A DNA stretch of 64,000 bases from an uncultured candidate division WWE3 bacterium (GTDB lineage Bacteria; Patescibacteriota; WWE3; UBA101185; UBA10185): assembly GCA_963765125.1 (NCBI GenBank), contig CAVXUZ010000005.1, positions 177,816-241,815 on the forward strand, given 5' to 3'. The notes under the pieces were generated by a model. That model was not told the DNA's origin. It made no database searches and was given only the letters and a program-made list of their open reading frames with translations. Shown piece by piece: positions 57,388 to 64,000 of the stretch. The stretch's first letter is position 1; every line of letters starts with the position of its first letter. The translations under genes and the position numbers were made by a program.

Positions 57388-59475
57388 TTACCTTAATTTG
57401 TATAAGTAAAACATCATCTCTCTCGTGTAGTATTTGTGCGGAGGAAGTAAACAACCAATTTCACCATTAATGTCCATACCCTTAACACTTGCTAGTTTTA
57501 AAAACGAGTAGGTGTGAAAAGTACATTCATCACTTACATTGTAGTAACTATATTTTTGTTTATAAACATCTACTTCACTCAATGACTGGATTTTTTCATT
57601 TGATAGTACATACGTATTCTTGTAGTTTTTACTCAACAGTTTAATATCTTCACCAAACAAATTATCAACATTTTCAACTGAAAATACGTTCATGTCGTAA
57701 TAGTACTTAAATGGTGCGACACTAAACGTTGCAAAGTTATTAAAATATTTTTGCGGCTTTTCATTTGTTTGTTCTCTAAATAAGATCAATAAGTCATTTG
57801 TCTTAACAACGTTTCTTACGTCATCATAAAATTTAATTGATTGCCCTTCAGTTCCTAATGTTTGTACAAATGAAAATATTAAGAAATAGATTGTGATTAA
57901 CGATAGAGCGCTGTACGTAATGTAGCGCAGTTTAGAACCTAGCGATAAATATGAAAATATTGCCAGAATGATTATTGTGAAATTTACAATCTCTAAAAAT
58001 ATGTACCTCGCAGTGTAATATTGGTATCTCACAATATCACCAAATGTAACTTGTATTAATAAAAAGTACAGAGTCGTAATCAGCAAAGTAACAATTTTTG
58101 CATCTTTCTCTTTTTTAAATCCGTACAGTACAGTGCCAGTAAACAAAGCAATTAATCCAATTAGTGAAATGTGCTGTGACAATACAAAAAGGTTTGTGTG
58201 TTTCAATGCTTCAACTCTGTTAACACCCGTATACCAGTATCTTTCGGTGTTCGTTGCTACCGATATGTCTTTAAGGTTTATTGATTGATATTGTTTAATA
58301 CTGAAGTAAGCGATTATTAAAATTAGGATTACAAAGATTACCCAAATATATTTTTCAAACAACTCTTTTGTCTTCTTTAAAATCTTTTGCCCGTTAAACC
58401 TGTTTATCAATAAGATTACTGCCGCCGTAACAGCAACAATCGCCAACAGTTTAATATCAGACGCGCTACCTAATAGTTTTTGCATAGTCGTTGGATAAAT
58501 TCTGTTAAACGTTATTGGTAAGAATTTAAAATAAAAAACAAATGAAACAAAAAATGTAACTGTTAAAGAACCTAAATATATTAGTATTGCTTTCTTTTTC
58601 ACTTTATTTTTTATATACAAAACTGACAGTACCCCAATAAGCGCAAAAATAGGAAGATACATAAATGAGCTCATTCTTGTGTAGTAAAATCCATTAAATA
58701 AAAGTATTGAAAGAAAAAGTTCAAATATATTTTGTTTGGTGATTTTTTCTGCATTTAGAACCCGTATTAATAGGTAAAAACCCATCGCAATATAGGTAAG
58801 TGCGGTAATTTCACCAACAGGAAACTTAGAATAAAACACATGCATTGGGTTTATTGCTGCCAATCCCATCGCGATTAACCCTGCTGTTTTCTTCTTGCCT
58901 ACTAATTCGTAAGTAATTAAATATATCGCAACTAGTGAAATGGTTGAGAAAAATGTTAATGAGTAAGTAGAATTGTTTTGCCCGAAAATAACCTCAAAGA
59001 TTGCAATCCACGATGGATGCATAGGATAAAAAACCATTTCTAAAATAGATGCATCTCTATCGTAATACTCAAAACTCGGCATTAGATTACTCATATTCTT
59101 GTCGTATATTTCTTTTTGAGCTTCTGAAAGTGTTTCTCTGAAATAATCTTTATATTTAAGACTTCCCTGTTTTACATACTGGTGCGCAATGTTTACATAG
59201 GTACCTTGGTCTTGGCCACCCATTATGTATTGTGACGGCGGTAATCTTAAAATTAGGGCAAGTACCAAAATTAAAATAAAAAATAAAGTTTCAAGCTTTG
59301 GAATTTTTATACTTCGCAATTTTTGAATATAACCAGTTTTGTAAATATAGATAATAGTTGCGATAATCCCCATACTTAATGAGTAAAGCGCGTTAAAGTG
59401 GCTTACAGTTAGAGAACCTACTGAAAATAGGCCTGTAACTGCAATAAAAACTAACAATGGTATGATCATCACCAT
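57388..59475 (-). CDS. large polytopic membrane protein, GT-C-like glycosyltransferase candidate
   Basis: 695 aa with ~13 TMs and a ~200-aa C-terminal soluble domain. Divergent from the wzm/wzt export genes. No sharp motif. Confidence 0.4.
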   Translation of the reverse strand: MVMIIPLLVFIAVTGLFSVGSLTVSHFNALYSLSMGIIATIIYIYKTGYIQKLRSIKIPKLETLFFILILVLALILRLPPSQYIMGGQDQGTYVNIAHQYVKQGSLKYKDYFRETLSEAQKEIYDKNMSNLMPSFEYYDRDASILEMVFYPMHPSWIAIFEVIFGQNNSTYSLTFFSTISLVAIYLITYELVGKKKTAGLIAMGLAAINPMHVFYSKFPVGEITALTYIAMGFYLLIRVLNAEKITKQNIFELFLSILLFNGFYYTRMSSFMYLPIFALIGVLSVLYIKNKVKKKAILIYLGSLTVTFFVSFVFYFKFLPITFNRIYPTTMQKLLGSASDIKLLAIVAVTAAVILLINRFNGQKILKKTKELFEKYIWVIFVILILIIAYFSIKQYQSINLKDISVATNTERYWYTGVNRVEALKHTNLFVLSQHISLIGLIALFTGTVLYGFKKEKDAKIVTLLITTLYFLLIQVTFGDIVRYQYYTARYIFLEIVNFTIIILAIFSYLSLGSKLRYITYSALSLITIYFLIFSFVQTLGTEGQSIKFYDDVRNVVKTNDLLILFREQTNEKPQKYFNNFATFSVAPFKYYYDMNVFSVENVDNLFGEDIKLLSKNYKNTYVLSNEKIQSLSEVDVYKQKYSYYNVSDECTFHTYSFLKLASVKGMDINGEIGCLLPPHKYYTREMMFYLYKLR

Positions 59476-59508
59476 AATAATAGCTTATTTTAGTTTTCTC
59501 GTGTAGAA

Positions 59509-60357
59509 ATGTATAATTACAGCGGTTATATGCAAAAAACGTATTATGAGATAAATCCACCAAAATCTCTTCTTTCTTTGGATTTTAAAGAGATTTGGCG
59601 TTATAAAGAATTACTTTTTGTTTTCAGTTGGCGAGACATAAAACTGAGGTATAAACAAACTTTTTTAGGTGTTGCGTGGGCTGTCTTTCAACCATTTCTT
59701 ACAATGGTAATATTTAGTATATTTTTCGGAAGACTCGCTAAAATTCCGTCTGACGGTGCACCATATCCAATATTTGTTTATTCAGGTTTACTTTTCTGGA
59801 CATATTTTTCAAACTCTTTAACAAACGCTAGTAATTCTTTGGTAAGCGAAGAAAATATTATTAAAAAAGTTTATTTTCCGAGATTGATCTTGCCAATTTC
59901 TGCGTCGGTAACACCAATTATAGACTTTGTATGTGCATTCTTTGTGCTTGCAGGTTTGATGATTTTTTATCATTTTGCTTTTAACATTTTGATTATTGTT
60001 CTTATACCGCTACTTCTACTTATATCTCTTCTTACAGCGTCGGGGATTGGTTTATTTCTCTCATCAGTAAATGTTAAATACCGCGATGTTCGATATATAT
60101 TACCGTTTTTTATACAAATACTTTTATACATAACGCCGGTAATTTACCCAACAAGTATTATCCCTGAAAACCTCAGGTTAGTTGCTTACATAAATCCTAT
60201 GGTGGCAGTAATAAATACAGCAAGGCACTTTATTATTGGAGGTGCCCCACTTGAGCCTATCGGATTAATAATATCTTTAGTTTGCTCAATATTGTTTTTT
60301 ACATTCGGAGTTTATTACTTTAAGAAGACAGAAAGATTCTTTGCCGACTTACTATGA
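59509..60357 (+). CDS. ABC-2-type polysaccharide/teichoic-acid export permease (Wzm/TagG family)
   Basis: Six TMs. ABC-2 signature region (FFGRLAKIPSDGAPYPIFVYSGLLFW). The stop overlaps the ATPase start (ATGA). Confidence 0.7.
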   Translation: MYNYSGYMQKTYYEINPPKSLLSLDFKEIWRYKELLFVFSWRDIKLRYKQTFLGVAWAVFQPFLTMVIFSIFFGRLAKIPSDGAPYPIFVYSGLLFWTYFSNSLTNASNSLVSEENIIKKVYFPRLILPISASVTPIIDFVCAFFVLAGLMIFYHFAFNILIIVLIPLLLLISLLTASGIGLFLSSVNVKYRDVRYILPFFIQILLYITPVIYPTSIIPENLRLVAYINPMVAVINTARHFIIGGAPLEPIGLIISLVCSILFFTFGVYYFKKTERFFADLL

Positions 60358-61565
60358 GCACACCAATTATAGAAGTAAATCACCTCACCAAAAAATATAA
60401 AATAGGTCATAAAGAGCCTTACTACTCGTTACGAGATTCTTTAGTCCAACATTTTTAAATCAAAAACAAACAGCGAAGAGTTTTTAGCACTCGATGACGT
60501 AAGTTTTGCCGTTAATGAGGGTGACGTCATCGGAATTATTGGTAAAAATGGAGCTGGTAAAAGTACATTGCTTAAAATATTGTCCAGAATTACACCACCT
60601 ACCGAGGGTAACATTATTATGCGCGGGCGTGTTGCGTCTTTACTTGAGGTTGGAACCGGGTTTAATCCGGAACTTACCGGCAGAGAAAACATTTTCTTAA
60701 ACGGTGCAATTATGGGTATGACGCGCGTTGAGATTAATAAAAAGTTTGACGAGATAGTAGATTTCTCTGGAATAGAAAAGTTTTTAGATACACCAGTAAA
60801 AAGATACTCATCAGGTATGTATGTGAGATTGGCCTTTGCTGTTGCAGCACATTTAGAGCCTGAAATATCTATTGATTGATGAGGTTTTAGCTGTGGGTGA
60901 TTCAGAGTTTCAAAGTAAATGCTTAAGAAAAATGGATGACGTATCTAAAAGTGGACGAACAATTTTGTTTGTTAGCCATAATATGGGTGCGATTCAGCAG
61001 CTATGCAATCGTACAATTCTACTTAATCAGGGTATGATTCAACTTCAAGGAGAAACAAAGTCGGTGATTGACGAATATTTTAAAGCAATAAGCGAGAGGA
61101 GCAAATCGCTGTCTATGGAGACAAGACACAGGTCAGGCGATGGCTTCTGCATCTATAGATAAAATTGAATTACCTAATATAATAAAATCAGGTTCAGAGT
61201 TCTTTATTAAAATATTCTTTCACTCAAATAATGATTCGATTTTAAAAAATTGTAGAATTGGTGTAGTTATCAAGGATTTTACTGGTAGAAAGCTAATTTT
61301 ATGTTCAACGGAAATGAAACACACGAACAGTATCAATCTAGGTAAAAGTGGGCAAGCCACTTGCCTTATTGATAGGCTTCCTTTACCAAGCGGAGACTAT
61401 TTAATAGACCTCTTCTTTGAAACTGACAAACAGGTTGCAGACTGGATTCAAGACGCTTACGTTCTTTCAATTAAAGATGGTAATTTTTATAGCGGTGCGA
61501 GACAACTTCCGGTAGGACATGAGAACACCGGCATAGTTCTTGTTGACCATTCCTGGACATTTTAA
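60354..61565 (+). pseudogene. ABC-2 export ATPase (Wzt/TagH family) with C-terminal carbohydrate-binding domain, disrupted by 2-3 frameshifts
   Basis: Reading across three frames reconstructs MSTPIIEVNHLTKKY...LVQHF|[45 protein letters not shown]...EPEI|[11 protein letters not shown]...GRTILFVSH. Shifts lie at the T5 run 60452-60456 and at ~60868. The C-terminal domain (61140-61565) is in a further frame. Confidence 0.7.
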
Positions 61566-61738
61566 AGTAGATATTTGCACAGAATATTCGTTTTTTACTG
61601 CAGTATATCTAAGGTAGTAATATAAAATATTAAAAAATGTAGTTAATTACTTTATCTGTGTAGAGTATTATTCTTTTAAATTGATTTTAGGCTCTTTTCT
61701 ATGTATTCTTGGTCTATACTGCCTTTTGTAATTAATTT

Positions 61739-62471
61739 TTGGGTTATACTTTGTTAAAAATTATATATTATGTTGACAAGGCAATAGAATATTTTTTAGC
61801 GGTTATACGTAAACTAAGATTCACATTGTTTTTTAACCTACATTACTCTCAAAACGGCGAGGACGCCGTATTGTATAGGGCATTTCCAAGGAAATATAAA
61901 GGTTTTTACGTTGATGTTGGCGCGCATCACCCGATGAGATTTTCAAACACATATTATTTTTACAAATTGGGATGGAGTGGAATAAATATTGATCCATCAT
62001 CGACTTTTTCCAATGACTTTTCAAAAATACGTTCTCGTGATATAAACCTAAATTTTGGAGTTTCAAACACCGAAGAGGTGCTTGATTACTTTATGTTTAA
62101 AGAGGCAGCATACAATAGTTTTAAGGTAGGTATAAAAGAAAAACCACAAATTTCTAAAAACACAGAATTTATTGGTGTAAAAAAAGTCGCATTACGAAGG
62201 TTAGACAATATTTTAGATGAATACCTACCAAAAAACACAAAAATTGACTTTTCTGAGCATTGACGTAGAAGAGTACGATCTCAATGTTCTTAAATCAAAT
62301 AACTGGAAACTATATAGACCTCTGTGCGTGCTTGTTGAAGACAATTCTTTTTCATTTTTGAAGATGGAACAAAGCGTTGTATATAACTTTCTTATAAGTA
62401 AGAACTATGAATTACGATTCAGAGTTGGAAATACATTAATTTTTTTCGATTCTAATGATAAAACCCTATAA
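61739..62471 (+). pseudogene. FkbM-family methyltransferase, frameshifted at a T-run (62249-62252)
   Basis: YSQNGEDAVL...GFYVDVGAHHP...SNT...GWSGINIDP in frame 1. The text continues ...KIDF|LSIDVEEYDLNVLKS in the +1 frame. Removing one T restores the canonical KIDxLSIDVEG motif. Confidence 0.6.
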
Positions 62472-63406
62472 AATACCTATATTATTTCTAATATATAACA
62501 GAGAGGATCTGTCACTTAGGGTGTTGGACGCAATTAGAAAAGTAAAACCAACCGCATTGTACATTTCAGCAGATGGCTATAAACCAGAGTTATTAAACGA
62601 TGAAGCTAATTGTAACAAAACACGTGACGCTGTTGTTAAGTCAATTGATTGGGAATGCAACGTAAAGACAATGTTTAATGACAGAAATTTAGGTTGCAGA
62701 AACTCTGTCGAAAAAGCTATTAATTGGTTCTTCGACAACGTAGAGGCTGGAATAATACTTGAGGACGATTGCTTACCAAATGAGAGTTTTTTTGTTTACT
62801 GTGAAACTCTTTTAGAAAAGTATGTGGATAATAACTCTATAATGCACATAGGAAGCGTAAATTATACTAATAGTATATTCCCTAAAAAAAATAGCTATTA
62901 CTTCTCTCGTTATCCTGATATCTGGGGCTGGGCTACCTGGAAAAGATCATGGAAACAATATTTAGGCAATATGGACTCATCTTGAATATTTTCTACATAA
63001 CGATTTAAATAGATATTTTAGTAGACCATCTGAAATTAGATATTGGCAAAACGTTTTTAAAAGGGTTAATGAGGAAGGAGTTGACTCGTGGGGGTATCGT
63101 TGGATTTACTCGGTTTGGCACGCAGGTGGAATATCTATTAAACCTTATAAGAATTTTGTTAAAAACATTGGTTTTGACAGCAGATCAACCCATACAAAAA
63201 CAGCTCCCTCTTTTATTGAGAACGCTAAGCTCGAGTCTCTTACTGGCGAAATTGAACATCCATTAAATATTAAGATAGACAAAAATCTAGACCAGAAGTT
63301 TTTTGATAAAGTATACATAAAGAAACCTGTATTTTTCTCAACTGCAAATTTATATTCAATTATTTCTGATTTTTGGAATAGGCTGAGGTTTTCTAATGAG
63401 CCTTAA
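62455..63406 (+). pseudogene. GT-A-like nucleotide-diphospho-sugar transferase, frameshifted near 62965-62985
   Basis: Frame 1 (62455-62985) ends ...WKQYLGNMDSS*. A clean protein-like continuation (THLEYFLHNDLNRYF...DSWGYRWIYSVWHAGGISIKPYKNFVKNIGFD...FSNEP) runs in the next frame to 63406. Confidence 0.5.
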
Positions 63407-64000
63407 GATATCTATCGTAACAACATGTCTAAACGAGTATTCAAAGATAGAAAATACTTTAAAAAGTGTTATTTTTCAGACTTATCCAAACTTTGAGTAC
63501 ATAGTGATCGACGGTGGCTCAACTGACGGCACTGCCAACCTTATTTCTAAGTATAAAAACAAATTATTTTACTATATTTCTGAAACAGACATTGGTATTT
63601 ATGACGCCATGAATAAAGGAGCAAAGATTGCTACGGGCGATTATCTATTATTTTTGAACGCAGGGTGATTATTTTATTAGTAAGAACAGCCTGTCTGACT
63701 TCTCTGTTAACCTTGGTAAACATAACATATTGATTGGGAATATTGTTAGTAAAGACTTTCAAAAAACCATCATCAAACGATCCAAGACTGTTAAATATTG
63801 ATACATACCTCAGTTACTCTACTCCCCCTCATCAAGCTTCATTTATAATGAGGTCGATGCTGGAAAAATGTAATTACTACGATACTTCATTTAAAATAGC
63901 TGGAGATTATGATTTCTTTCTTAAGGCAAGATTTATTCAACATGCAACTTTCTCTTATCATGACATAGACGTTTCTTATTTTGACAATAGTGGTTTAAGT
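63396..64000 (+). pseudogene. family-2 glycosyltransferase, at least two frameshifts, runs off the window end
   Basis: ISIVTTCLNEYSKIENTLKSVIFQTYPNFEYIVIDGGSTDGT...LFLNAG| then DYFISKNS... in the next frame after a GGG run (63663-65). A second shift near 63780-63800 leads into ...HQASFIMRSMLEKCNYYDTSFKIAGDYDFFL. Confidence 0.6.

Noticed and set aside
63069-63266. 65-aa ORF inside the frameshifted GT-A-like gene
   Set aside because: It is in a different frame from the protein-like continuation of that gene and is compositionally poor. It is an off-frame artifact.
60354-64000. Alternative genetic code (UGA recoding, as in some CPR lineages) as the explanation for the broken genes
   Set aside because: The interruptions are true frame changes (conserved motifs continue in +1 or -1 frames), not in-frame UGA codons. 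Long genes elsewhere read cleanly with the standard code.
1-64000. CRISPR arrays, rRNA genes, IS elements or transposases
   Set aside because: No regularly spaced short direct repeats, no rRNA-like conserved stretches and no DDE/tyrosine-recombinase-like ORFs were seen on either strand.

Overview
Low-GC (roughly one-third GC), gene-dense bacterial chromosomal segment. The small-genome features seen here (class I aldolase, a truncated Rel, many small secreted or membrane proteins, an encoded G-1 on tRNA-His) are consistent with, but do not prove, a Patescibacteria/CPR-like lineage; that assignment is inference.

Securely recognisable housekeeping genes: leuS, tyrS, map, dinB, class I fructose-bisphosphate aldolase, rsmI, a SpoU-type RNA methyltransferase, an RluB-like pseudouridine synthase, a short Rel/SpoT homolog, rpmG (L33, missed by the ORF track), a DsbA-like oxidoreductase and a HelD-like helicase. 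There are ten tRNA genes, five of them in one 3.3-kb stretch.

Accessory and envelope content dominates the rest:
- A 1028-aa surface protein built from a tandemly duplicated DUF2341-like plus LamG-like module.
- An OmpR-type two-component system with a downstream Spy/CpxP-like periplasmic protein.
- Two paralogous HlyD / ABC ATPase / FtsX-permease (MacAB-like) gene triplets.
- A DgkA / PAP2 / GT-C lipid-carrier module.
- Two glycan loci: a CDP-hexose pathway cluster (rfbF, rfbG, RmlC-like epimerase, reductase, GT2, ATP-grasp) and a Wzm/Wzt export locus with GT4, GT2, GT-A and FkbM genes.

Two things stand out.
1. At least seven genes in the two glycan loci are broken by frameshifts, while all long housekeeping genes are intact.
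2. tRNA-His and tRNA-Glu are each followed, about 125-170 bp downstream, by a 16-18-nt direct repeat of their own 3' end. The two bounded segments share sequence motifs, and no integrase is nearby.

Several singleton genes (9133-10041, 12603-13514, 22552-22914) are visibly GC-richer than their surroundings. No CRISPR array, rRNA or obvious integrase/transposase gene was found.
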